Of a stretch of DNA of 64,000 nucleotides, positions 1 to 9,227 are shown piece by piece. Source of the DNA: Deltaproteobacteria bacterium (GTDB taxonomy: Bacteria > Desulfobacterota > Desulfobaccia > Desulfobaccales > 0-14-0-80-60-11). The translations under genes and the position numbers were made by a program. The notes under the pieces are model-generated. The model ran no database searches. It was not told the origin of the DNA and saw nothing but the letters and a program-made list of their open reading frames with translations. Positions within the stretch are counted from its first letter, which is position 1; the number at the start of each line of letters is the position of its first letter. The stretch covers positions 1,961-65,960 of the forward strand of contig QZIZ01000066.1 of the NCBI GenBank assembly GCA_003599195.1, in the 5' to 3' direction.

Positions 1-1179
<1,179 letters not shown>

Positions 1180-1190
1180 TCTCCGGGTTG

Positions 1191-1268
1191 CAGTAATCAG
1201 TGATCAGTGATCAGTAAAAAACTGCCGACCGCTGAACCACTGATTACTGACCACTGATTACTGATCAC
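1191..1268. terminator. tandem-word inverted repeat (CAGTAAT/CAGTGAT words) between convergent serS and lipoprotein gene; probable bidirectional terminator hairpin
   Basis: Left arm cagtaatcagtgatcagtgatcagt (1191-1215) is complementary to right arm ccactgattactgaccactgattactgatcac (1237-1268). The right arm overlaps the stop codon of the minus-strand gene. Confidence 0.5.
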
Positions 1269-2413
1269 TTCGCCTTAACCTTCTCCCCCGCCTTAAAAGG
1301 TCCACCGCTCGTCGCCAGGGCCACCGCGCCGGTGTTTCCCAAAAGTTCCGTCACCTTCAATTCTCCCACCTGGGTATCCGAGGTATAACCCAGGACCGCC
1401 TGGCTGGAGGGGTTGACCACTTCTTTGCCCGGAGTGACCACCTTCAGGCGGTCTCCCACTTTGAGGCCCGCGTTCTGGCCCAGATTCAGGTAGACCTTCC
1501 CTTCCTTGACAAAATCCACCCTTCCGAACCAATCCATGTTGACCAGTTCCCCGGCCACCCTCAAGGCGTTTTGCTGCGCGAATTTAGTCACCGCGTCCGG
1601 CTTCAGGCCCGCGGGTTCGGGTTCCACTATCGACTGGGTCTTGTTGCCCTGGAAGGTATCAAAAATCTCCAAAACCAGGAATCCGGGATTGTTGCCTTGG
1701 GGCGGAATCAACTTGGTGATGACCAACCCCTGCACCCCCAACCGATCGCCGAGGGCCTGGATATTGGAGCGGGAAGTCAGTTTTCCCGCCAATTGGGCCT
1801 TGGCCAAAGCAGGCCCGACTTGATCGGAGCCGATAACCGAAATATCTTTCTGGCGGCGCAGGGCTTCAGCCAGGCTGGAAGCCAGGGTGCGGTTCATGGT
1901 CTCCATACTCCCTGGGGTCTCTTTGACATCCGGGATTACCGCCACCGCCCGGCCCACCACCGGGGCCTTTTCGGCCTTGGCCTTGGAAACAAACCCTCCC
2001 AGGCCTTGCTCCCGCAGGATGCGGTCCACTTCGGCCTTTACCATCTCCTGCAACTTATCCGGAGGGATGGCTTTGCCTCCGGTTTTATCCTTTTCCTTGC
2101 CCACCGCCTTGGCTATGGCCTCGATGAAGCGCCGCTGCATGGGAACGAACTCCCGGCCTTTCTCCACATAGATATATTCCGGCTGGTCGGGGTAGGTGAG
2201 CCAGTAGGGGTTTTTGCTGCGGATATAGGGTTTGCCGTCAATCATCACGGTCTCTTGCTGGGCCTCGGGCGGGACCATTTCTTCTTCCACATCCTGGGTG
2301 GGATATCCGGCCCATTCCTTCACTGACTTCCAACCGCTGCAACCGCTTAGAAAGAGGGTGATGAGGGTTAAGGCAAGTCCGAAACGCAGGATTGTTGGAT
2401 AGCTTTTTGCCAT
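1265..2413 (-). CDS. lipoprotein, function unknown
   Basis: N-terminus 'LALTLITLFLSGCSG' is a signal peptide plus lipobox. The 382-aa ORF has varied composition. Its ATG overlaps the stop of the upstream gene by 1 nt (TAATG). Confidence 0.75.
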   Translation of the reverse strand: MAKSYPTILRFGLALTLITLFLSGCSGWKSVKEWAGYPTQDVEEEMVPPEAQQETVMIDGKPYIRSKNPYWLTYPDQPEYIYVEKGREFVPMQRRFIEAIAKAVGKEKDKTGGKAIPPDKLQEMVKAEVDRILREQGLGGFVSKAKAEKAPVVGRAVAVIPDVKETPGSMETMNRTLASSLAEALRRQKDISVIGSDQVGPALAKAQLAGKLTSRSNIQALGDRLGVQGLVITKLIPPQGNNPGFLVLEIFDTFQGNKTQSIVEPEPAGLKPDAVTKFAQQNALRVAGELVNMDWFGRVDFVKEGKVYLNLGQNAGLKVGDRLKVVTPGKEVVNPSSQAVLGYTSDTQVGELKVTELLGNTGAVALATSGGPFKAGEKVKAK

Positions 2414-2754
2414 TAGTAAGCTCCGTTTTCGGTTTTCGGTTTTCGGTTTTCGGTAAAAGATTCTTCTTGGGAGAAATATTCGATTGCTTGAGAGATAATC
2501 AATTGAGTTTCTAATTCCGCCACCGAACCGAGCCTCACTGCCAGAAATTGACGGAATTCCTTGACGGAATTTCTCCCCTGGCCTTCAGCGATATTTGAGG
2601 GGATTGATACAGCTGTTCTTCTAATTTGATTAGTCAATCCATAGTTTTCAGAGGCAGGAAATTTGTTGGTCAGATTATAAATCTCTTTCACTAAATCTAA
2701 GGACAACTTCCAGACGTCCAAATCGCGATAAGATCTAGATTTCTTAACTTCCAC
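2413..2754 (-). CDS. four-helix-bundle protein (23S rRNA intervening-sequence protein / Avd-like family)
   Basis: 'YRDLDVWKLSLDLVKEIYNLTNKFPASENYGLTNQIRRTAVSIPSNIAEGQGR' matches the family signature as I recall it (PF05635). The gene is clearly AT-richer than its flanks. Confidence 0.85.
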   Translation of the reverse strand: MEVKKSRSYRDLDVWKLSLDLVKEIYNLTNKFPASENYGLTNQIRRTAVSIPSNIAEGQGRNSVKEFRQFLAVRLGSVAELETQLIISQAIEYFSQEESFTENRKPKTENGAY

Positions 2755-2843
2755 TAATTACTCTCGTTTTATCTAAATTTGAGAACATGGATCAATACTA
2801 TATTCTTTGACTATTTTTCACCGAAAACCGTAAACCGAAAACC
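2424..2843. repeat. long-range inverted repeat (GGTTTTC)n / (GAAAACC)n bracketing the four-helix-bundle gene
   Basis: ccgttttcggttttcggttttcggttttcgg at 2424-2454 (inside the 3' end of the ORF) pairs with caccgaaaaccgtaaaccgaaaacc at 2819-2843 (upstream of the ORF). Confidence 0.7.
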
Positions 2844-2850
2844 ATTCTTC

Positions 2851-2888
2851 AAAAAAAAGCCCACGGGGATAATACCCCGTGGGCTTTG
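2851..2888 (-). terminator. intrinsic terminator of the porin gene
   Basis: On the minus strand an 11-bp GC-rich stem agcccacgggg/ccccgtgggct with loop tattat is followed by T8, 22 nt after the porin stop. Confidence 0.75.
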
Positions 2889-2909
2889 GTTAGTCAACCG
2901 GTTTTCGGT

Positions 2910-4304
2910 TTAGAAGAAGAACAGGCCGACGAACTCAACCCGGTGAGCTTCGCCCAGGTTGGTCTTGGCGCTGCCGACCAAATCGCCGGCGGCATTCACT
3001 ACACCGGCCTTCTGGAAGAAGTCGGTCCGGGCATAGGCATACTGCAGGCCGAATTTGAAGGCGGTGATGGGCCGGTACCACAGGCACAGGGCAAATTCCT
3101 GATGCAGATTCACGGCATCGCCCTGGAACACGTTCACCCGGTTGTTGGGCACGTTGTTGTTTTCCCGTTCGAAGGCCCCGACGTTGAAAGCCCGGCTCAT
3201 ACCATAAGCCGCGGTCATGAACCACTGGTTGGTGAAGTAGTACTGCCCCTGGACCTGGCCGCCGAAGCGGGACATCAAAGTGGTGTCGAAGAACAGGTTG
3301 CCGTTGGCGTTCTGGCCGGCAAACCGGAATACCTGGGAGTTGAAGCCGATCAACCCGAAGGCCTCCACCCCCTGGCCGATCCACCAGGTGGTCTGCAAGG
3401 CCGCGGTCCCCGCCAAATTGGCGCTGTGGGTGGGGATTACCGGGATAAACAGGACACCCTGAACCATCCAGGGATCATGATACTGGTTCCGGGTAAAGCC
3501 CGCGAAAGCGGTAAAGGTGTTCTGCCCGGTGGCGAGCAGGCCCCGGGCCGCATCTGCGGTGATGCCCCGCTGCCAGGCGAAGTTGACCTCAGCGGTGAAG
3601 GGAGTGGGTTTGCCGTACCAGGCGGCCTTACCGTACAGATCTTTGGCGAACAGCACATGAGCCTGAACCTGCGGGGACTCGGTGGATTCGGCGCCGCCCC
3701 GGTCATTAGCCGAGAAAGAACGGCCGTTGGTGATGGCGTTCGGTTCGCCCACCATCAAGCCCACCTCAAACATGCCCATGAACTTCTGGACCACTTTGAT
3801 CATGGCCATCCGGGCAGTGGGAGTGCCGGTAATCTGGAAAGGACCGTCTTGGGCCAATTCCGGGAACCATTTGCTCACGAAGGTGAAGTACTGGCCCATC
3901 AGCAGTTCGGTTTCGGGCCAGTCGAACCGGAAGAAGGCGTTGCGCAGACGCGGGAGGTAGCCGTTGGAAGCACCCGCCGCGTTGGTGCCTGCGGTGACAT
4001 CCCCTTGTTGGTCAAAGTCGATTTCAATGAAACCGGTGGTGGTGGCACCCCAGAGTTTCGGCCCCTTGATGGTGAAATTGAAGCGGGAACTCTGGGAGGT
4101 GAATTTCAGACGGCCGTGGTGGAAGTCCACAGTGTTGTTGCGCTGGATGACCTGGTTCATGTTTTTGCCTTCTTGGGTGGAATCCCAGAAGACATCCAAC
4201 TTGATGTAACCGCCCAGGCTGAATTCCGCCGCGGCCATGGCGACCGTGGGCAGAGCCAGCAATGCCACAAGTGCCAAAATCAAAAACGATTTCTTGTTCA
4301 TCAT
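2910..4304 (-). CDS. outer-membrane porin (beta-barrel)
   Basis: Signal peptide 'MMNKKSFLILALVALLALPTVAMA'. Gly/Tyr/Phe/Asn-rich alternating pattern. C-terminal '...VEFVGLFFF' has the terminal aromatic typical of OMPs. Confidence 0.8.
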   Translation of the reverse strand: MMNKKSFLILALVALLALPTVAMAAAEFSLGGYIKLDVFWDSTQEGKNMNQVIQRNNTVDFHHGRLKFTSQSSRFNFTIKGPKLWGATTTGFIEIDFDQQGDVTAGTNAAGASNGYLPRLRNAFFRFDWPETELLMGQYFTFVSKWFPELAQDGPFQITGTPTARMAMIKVVQKFMGMFEVGLMVGEPNAITNGRSFSANDRGGAESTESPQVQAHVLFAKDLYGKAAWYGKPTPFTAEVNFAWQRGITADAARGLLATGQNTFTAFAGFTRNQYHDPWMVQGVLFIPVIPTHSANLAGTAALQTTWWIGQGVEAFGLIGFNSQVFRFAGQNANGNLFFDTTLMSRFGGQVQGQYYFTNQWFMTAAYGMSRAFNVGAFERENNNVPNNRVNVFQGDAVNLHQEFALCLWYRPITAFKFGLQYAYARTDFFQKAGVVNAAGDLVGSAKTNLGEAHRVEFVGLFFF

Positions 4305-4467
4305 TCCCCCCTTAATTTAGGAAAGTGGTAACCAGTTTCTCCTTTCCGTGTTTAAAGCCAACTATCAGTTATTTCTGCCTTTTCCCCCACCTCCTTTCAT
4401 TTTCCGGTTTTACCCAGCGCCATATTAGAATGCTCTCCGGTTTTTGTCAATAAAAAATTTGCCAAAA

Positions 4468-4602
4468 AAACCGTTTTCCGTTTGCCGTTTTCCGTTAAAG
4501 AATTCCCCCGAGGCTTTCTTCGACCGATTTATAAGGAAACTTTAGGCGCAAAAGCACCCCGATGCTTTTCATAAGAAAGCGGATAACGGAAAACGGAAAA
4601 CC
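4468..4602. repeat. tandem-word inverted repeat (CCGTTTT / AAAACGG words) downstream of the ispH fusion
   Basis: aaaccgttttccgtttgccgttttccgtt (4468-4495) pairs with gcggataacggaaaacggaaaacc (4579-4602). Confidence 0.5.
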
Positions 4603-6341
4603 TAAAGAAAGCGGTTAAAGGGATCCCAGAGAAAGGCCACCATGCCGGCCAGGATCATATTGCCTTCCACCAGGGTCTCCAGGAAGAGGCCGGATTCCAG
4701 CCAGCCCTGCCGGTAGAGAAAGAGGTATCCCAGGGAATATAAGCCGCAGAGAGCCAGGGCGTAACCCAGGGAGGGAATCAATTGCGCCCACGCGGCCAGA
4801 AGGAGAACGGCCATAAAGACCAGGGTGCCCAGGAACAGAAAGTTCAGGGTGCGCTCTTTTCCCAGGGCGATGGCCAGGGTCTCCTTTCCCACCACCCGGT
4901 CCCCTTCGATGGCCAGGATCTCAAAGAGGCCGGAGCGGATGAAGATCATCCCGGCCACGAAAAAGAAGGCGATGGCCGTAGCCCAGGACAGGTCCTGATC
5001 GGAGCAGACCACGGGAATCAGGGCCGCCAACACCCCCCAGGCCACCGCGGTGAACATGGTCTTGGACCCGGGGATCTCCTTGAGTCTGGCGATTCGGGTC
5101 ACCGCTGCCAGCCGCTCGGGAATGATCTTGAAATTGTAAATGAGGCCCAGGGCGCTCATGAAGAGGATAAAGACAAAGGCCACCGGATCGAGATAGAGGC
5201 TGAGGCCCAGGGCCAGCAAGGCGGAGATGGCCCCGGTGCTTAACAGGAAGAACCGGTGCCTTCCATAGAACATGGATTGCACCGGGTCATTGAACTTGGA
5301 GGCCTCGTCGGTGAAGTGGTTCAGCAGATGCATGGCATAGACGTAGAAAAAGGCGATGAAAAAATAGGACCACATGGGCTCCACCTCCTGCAGCAAGGAA
5401 GAGGTGTAGCTGAGGGAGCCCGCGCCCAGGGCCACGTAGAGGTTGGATTTGAGAATGAACCGCCAGGCCCGGTAGAGGTAGTTGATTAAGGAGCCGGGGC
5501 GAAAAAGCCAGGCGTGCTTCAGAGTGCTCACTACATTGCTGATGAGCCAGTGGGGGGTGGAGGCCCCCGCGGTCACCCCCACGGTCTGATAGCGGCTCAT
5601 CTCCCCCAGGTCCAGCTCCTGTTCCGTCTCGACGTGGTAGGTGGGGATCCCCGAATCCCGGGAGATCTCCACCAGGCGCTGAGTATTGCCGCTGTTGCGC
5701 CCCCCCACCACCACCAGGGCCTCCACCTGGGTAGCCAGCTCCTGAACCTCTCCCTGCCGGGAGGCGGTGGCGTCGCAGATGGTATTGAAGATGCGGGCCT
5801 GGGGAAAGCGGGTTTTTATTTCCTTGACCCGGGCTTCGAATTGGGAGCCGCTTTGGGTCGTCTGGGCCACCACGATCAATTCCTGGAGTTCGGGCAGCGC
5901 CGCCACCTCTTCAGGGGTGGAGATCACGTAGCCCCGCCCCTGGGTATGGCCCAGGAGTCCCCGCACCTCCGGGTGGTCCGCGTCACCGACGATGAGGGTG
6001 GCGGATCCCTGGCGGGCCCATCGCCGGATGATGGCCTGCACCCGGGAGACCCGGGGACAGGTGGCGTCAATGATGCGGTTGCCCGCTCCTTCCAACTCCT
6101 GCCGTTCCTGGGGGGGGATGCCGTGGGCCCGGATGACCACCAACCCGTCGGGAATCATCTCGCCGGGTTTAAGAATGGCAATGCCCCGTTCCCTGAGGAG
6201 TTCCAGCACTTGCGGGTTGTGGATCAGGGGGCCGTAAGTGTAGATGCGCCCCTGGTTCTGATTGATGGCTTTTAAGACCAGTTCCAAAGCCCTTTTCACC
6301 CCCATGCAGAATCCGGCGGTGCGGGCCAAAATAACCTTCAT
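4602..6341 (-). CDS. ispH: 4-hydroxy-3-methylbut-2-enyl diphosphate reductase (IspH/LytB) fused to a C-terminal UbiA-like polytopic prenyltransferase domain
   Basis: The N-terminal ~280 aa carry the three IspH cluster cysteines in context ('AGFCMGVKRA', 'DATCPRVSRV', 'NTICDATASRQ'). The C-terminal ~290 aa are multi-TM with 'NHFTDEASKFNDP' (NxxxD...N[DE]P) and 'EILAIEGDRVVGKETLAIALG', which resemble the two UbiA-superfamily motifs. GGAGG lies 9 nt before the ATG. Confidence 0.85.
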   Translation of the reverse strand: MKVILARTAGFCMGVKRALELVLKAINQNQGRIYTYGPLIHNPQVLELLRERGIAILKPGEMIPDGLVVIRAHGIPPQERQELEGAGNRIIDATCPRVSRVQAIIRRWARQGSATLIVGDADHPEVRGLLGHTQGRGYVISTPEEVAALPELQELIVVAQTTQSGSQFEARVKEIKTRFPQARIFNTICDATASRQGEVQELATQVEALVVVGGRNSGNTQRLVEISRDSGIPTYHVETEQELDLGEMSRYQTVGVTAGASTPHWLISNVVSTLKHAWLFRPGSLINYLYRAWRFILKSNLYVALGAGSLSYTSSLLQEVEPMWSYFFIAFFYVYAMHLLNHFTDEASKFNDPVQSMFYGRHRFFLLSTGAISALLALGLSLYLDPVAFVFILFMSALGLIYNFKIIPERLAAVTRIARLKEIPGSKTMFTAVAWGVLAALIPVVCSDQDLSWATAIAFFFVAGMIFIRSGLFEILAIEGDRVVGKETLAIALGKERTLNFLFLGTLVFMAVLLLAAWAQLIPSLGYALALCGLYSLGYLFLYRQGWLESGLFLETLVEGNMILAGMVAFLWDPFNRFL

Positions 6342-6407
6342 GAACGACTGCCTCCAGGGCTGACTTGTATACTAACTATACACTATAATTCAGTTTAATG
6401 CCCGTTG

Positions 6408-6500
6408 GAGAAAGGGGGTAAGAGGGAAAAAGGGAAAAAGGAAAAATTACTAACCTTAAGTCCCTTTTCCCCTCTTTCCCTTTTCCCCTTTTCGCCTCTT
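6408..6500. repeat. purine-word hairpin (GGGAAAA / TTTTCCC words)
   Basis: ggagaaagggggtaagagggaaaaagggaaaaaggaaaa pairs with tcccttttcccctctttcccttttccccttttcgcctctt. Confidence 0.55.
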
Positions 6501-6533
6501 ATCATGGCGCAAGGGCAAAGTAGCTGTTAAATA

Positions 6534-7622
6534 CTAACGGGGCGGGGTTTGGTGCGGGCTTAGCGCGGCCAGGCCTTTGGAGTTATCCTGATTCTCGGCA
6601 ATCAAAACCCCCATCTTCAAGGTCTGGCTGAGATGGTGGGCCACCGTTTTCCGGCCTGCGTCCAGGAGGTGGATGCCGTCGGGCTGGTAAACGGGCTCGG
6701 TCCGGGAACACAGGAGGTTTTGATAATTAATGAAATAAGGCTTTTTCTCCAGCCGTTCCACCAGGGCCTGGTAGGTGACCACGAAGTTATGGCGCAGGGC
6801 TGATTTCTTGCCAAGAATCAGATCTTCTTTCTTTCTCACCTCCTGGGCCACCGGCTCGGTTTCGGCCCACCAGCAGGGTTGCCAGACGAGCAGGAATTTC
6901 GAGCCAAACCCCCCGGCCACCTTATTAAGGTAGTCGTACCTCTTTTCGCAACTGTCCGCGAATTGCCGCAATGCCGGATCCCCGGGGTCGATGCGGATGA
7001 CCCCCTGCCGGATTTTATCATAAATCTCCAGGGTAAAAGAGGACCACATCGCGGCGTTCAAAGGTTTTAGCAACCCGAAAAGACTGCGGTGGTAATCCTC
7101 AATTAACCCCCGCACCCGATCATAACCCTGGTGGGCGTCAGGGGTGCGGTGCTGGGCAAAGTAGGCGGAATCGTTGGCGCCGTCGAAAAAAATGATTAAG
7201 TGCGGGGCCGGGTTGTCGATGAGAAGTTTTTGCAGATATTTGGTTTCCATCAGGGAATTAAAACCGTCTTCCCCGTGGTTGACCATGACCGCGGGGTTCC
7301 GGGGCTCCTCCCGGTTCCAATATTGGGCCAGGAAACTGGGGATGGTGCGCTCGTCGTAATCGGTGGCCCCCCGCATGGTGGAGCCGCCGAAAAGCCAGAC
7401 CGTCAGGCCTTTTTCCCGGGCAGGAGGATTGTTATGAGTGGGCCGCACCCCCTCCAGAAACAGGGCATAAGGATCATAATTCACCCTTTCCCCGTCCCGC
7501 AATTGCCCGTAAATCCAGTAATTGCTCAGGGAGATGGCCAGAAAGCTGGCTACTTCCAGCATAATGACGCCGCCGATGAACCATTTGAGAATTATGACCA
7601 GAGTCCGTGAAATCCGTTTCAT
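6534..7622 (-). CDS. membrane-anchored SGNH/GDSL-like hydrolase
   Basis: N-terminal TM helix. SGNH blocks are visible: 'LFGGSTMRG' (block I), 'FFDGANDS' (block III, GxND), 'DGIHLLD' (block V, DxxH). Confidence 0.7.
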   Translation of the reverse strand: MKRISRTLVIILKWFIGGVIMLEVASFLAISLSNYWIYGQLRDGERVNYDPYALFLEGVRPTHNNPPAREKGLTVWLFGGSTMRGATDYDERTIPSFLAQYWNREEPRNPAVMVNHGEDGFNSLMETKYLQKLLIDNPAPHLIIFFDGANDSAYFAQHRTPDAHQGYDRVRGLIEDYHRSLFGLLKPLNAAMWSSFTLEIYDKIRQGVIRIDPGDPALRQFADSCEKRYDYLNKVAGGFGSKFLLVWQPCWWAETEPVAQEVRKKEDLILGKKSALRHNFVVTYQALVERLEKKPYFINYQNLLCSRTEPVYQPDGIHLLDAGRKTVAHHLSQTLKMGVLIAENQDNSKGLAALSPHQTPPR

Positions 7623-7777
7623 TTTCCGCCCCTGAGTTCAAATTCTGCTTCGTTCAAATGCCGATTTTCACTTTATTAACCATTTACTCGTTAAAATCAA
7701 GACCGCACATTTGACCTGCACCCGGGGTCGTGATAATTTGTGCTATCCTAAGTGGTTGAATGTTACTCTTTTCGCCT

Positions 7778-7972
7778 CGAAAGTTCAAAAGTTCAAGGTT
7801 CAAGGTTGTGACTGTGACCTTCAAGAACTTTTCTAGTTTATAAGGGCCGAGCCCATGAATGATTCCCCTTTTTCGAAAATTATTACGAGTATAAAAAGAG
7901 GGATTCCATGTCGGGGATGCGTAGGGTTCTCCTGCATTAACTTTGAACTTTGAACCTTGAACTCAAACTTTT
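7778..7972. repeat. GTTCAA-word inverted repeat enclosing ~130 nt in a divergent promoter region
   Basis: cgaaagttcaaaagttcaaggttcaaggtt (7778-7807) pairs with aactttgaactttgaaccttgaactcaaactttt (7939-7972). Confidence 0.55.
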
Positions 7973-8002
7973 GCTGGGCTCTGGAGCCCGGAATTTTCTT
8001 TC

Positions 8003-8800
8003 ATGCTAACGATCTTATCTCTTTTGGGCGGCACCATCGTTTTGCGGCCCTATGTCTTCGTCTTTTTGGCCGCATACCTGGTTCTGGCCACCATGCACCT
8101 GGGCGCGGGCCGCACCCTGGCCTTTCTGGTTCTGGGCTACCTCATCGCCTGGACTGCGGAATTCTCCTCCATTAACTGGGGCTTTCCTTTCGGCGAGTAC
8201 ATCTATATCCCCGCCACTACGGACCGGGAACTCTGGGTGGCGGGCGTTCCCTTCATGGATTCCCTGTCCTACGTCTTTCTGGCCTACGCCAGCTTTGCCA
8301 TGGCGCTCGCGGCCCTGGGCCGGGGCCGCTGGCAAGGCCGGGGCTTTCTACTAGATGATAACACAAAATTCCTCGGATCCCGGCGCGTCCTGATCCTGGC
8401 CGCGGTGCTGATGGTGGCCCTGGACGTGGTCATCGACCCCGTGGCGCTCAGGGGCTACCGCTGGTTTTTGGGGCAGATCTACGGCTATCCGGAACCCGGG
8501 GTCTATTTTGGCATCACCCTGGCTAATTTCGGAGGCTGGTTCCTGGTGGGCCTGGCGATGATCCGGGTCTTGCAGCTGCTGATCACCCGGACGCCGGACC
8601 CGGGCTGGTGGTCCCGGGGCCGCCGCCAATTCCCCTGCCAGGCCCTCCTGGGCCCCGGCCTCTACCTGGGGATTCTCGGGTTTAATCTCTTCATGACCTT
8701 CTGGATCGGGGAATCCCTCCTGGGTTGGGTGGGGATTTTTATTTATGCGCCTTTTTTGACGTGGTGGGGGTTGAAGGTTTTCTCGGGAGAAAATGGTTGA
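8003..8800 (+). CDS. DUF422 / 'carotenoid biosynthesis protein' family polytopic membrane protein (CruF-like), tentative
   Basis: Seven-TM-like hydrophobic profile. 'WGFPFGEYIYIP...GVPFMDSL' and 'DPVALRGYRWFLG...YFGITLANFGGW' match my recollection of PF04240 conserved blocks. This needs an HMM check. Confidence 0.6.
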   Translation: MLTILSLLGGTIVLRPYVFVFLAAYLVLATMHLGAGRTLAFLVLGYLIAWTAEFSSINWGFPFGEYIYIPATTDRELWVAGVPFMDSLSYVFLAYASFAMALAALGRGRWQGRGFLLDDNTKFLGSRRVLILAAVLMVALDVVIDPVALRGYRWFLGQIYGYPEPGVYFGITLANFGGWFLVGLAMIRVLQLLITRTPDPGWWSRGRRQFPCQALLGPGLYLGILGFNLFMTFWIGESLLGWVGIFIYAPFLTWWGLKVFSGENG

Positions 8801-9026
8801 GGGGGAATGTCTTGGTCCTCGGTCTTCGATCCTCGGTCCCTAAGATGCATGAGCACCAATCTCCACTTTGCGTCGTCTTCCCTCTGGGCTTTAATCAATG
8901 ATAAGTTATTAAAGTGTAAATTATTTCTTGACATTTTCATGACCATATGCTTTTGTGAAACAGTCCAGAAAGGGCTAAACGCATTGTGAGGTAGGGACGG
9001 GAAGCATCGGGTCTCCAAGAGATAGC

Positions 9027-9062
9027 CGGGCTGCGAGGAAAGAGCAACCCGGGTTTTTTATT
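9027..9062 (+). terminator. orphan intrinsic terminator in the 8801-9227 spacer
   Basis: Stem ccgggctgc/gcaacccgg (9 bp, one mismatch), loop gaggaaaga, then TTTTTTATTT. It lies ~230 nt after the upstream stop and ~165 nt before the next start. Confidence 0.7.
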
Positions 9063-9227
9063 TCCGCGCCAGACAACATCATGTCAAACCATCTCTGATT
9101 GAGGCAGCCAAGCCTGCCCTATTATCGATCTCATTATACTTTTTACTTCTCTAACCGGGTGCGAACCAACGGCTCGCGGCCGCAAATCAGGCTTTCGATG
9201 AGCTTTCTCTGATTGGAGGCCACCCCC

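Noticed and set aside
2413-2754. The four-helix-bundle (Avd-like) gene considered as a marker of a diversity-generating retroelement.
   Set aside because: No reverse transcriptase ORF and no template/variable repeat pair with adenine-specific differences could be found in the window.
2886-4331. Long ORFs antisense to real genes, e.g. 2886..4331 +, 5514..6275 +, 20838..21734 -, 23934..24854 -, 29119..30486 +, 35053..36456 +, 41600..42472 -, 44591..45673 -, 47410..49104 -, 58037..58891 -.
   Set aside because: Each lies opposite an ORF with clear family motifs. Their translations are Gly/Pro/Arg/His/Gln-rich low-complexity strings, typical of stop-poor antisense frames in high-GC DNA.
8743-9018. 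ORFs 8743..9018 (-) and 8807..8989 (+) in the AT-rich spacer.
   Set aside because: They have no SD and odd composition, they overlap each other, and the region looks like structured non-coding sequence ending in a terminator.
8955-9026. Partial resemblance of 'GGGCTAAAC...GGGACGGGAAGC...CGGGTCT...AGCCGGGCTGC' to conserved boxes of the c-di-GMP-I (GEMM-I) riboswitch.
   Set aside because: I could not draw the two required hairpins with a tetraloop/receptor, and the key 'ACGCAAAGC' core is altered. Without a covariance-model score the class assignment is unsupported. Only the orphan terminator is reported.
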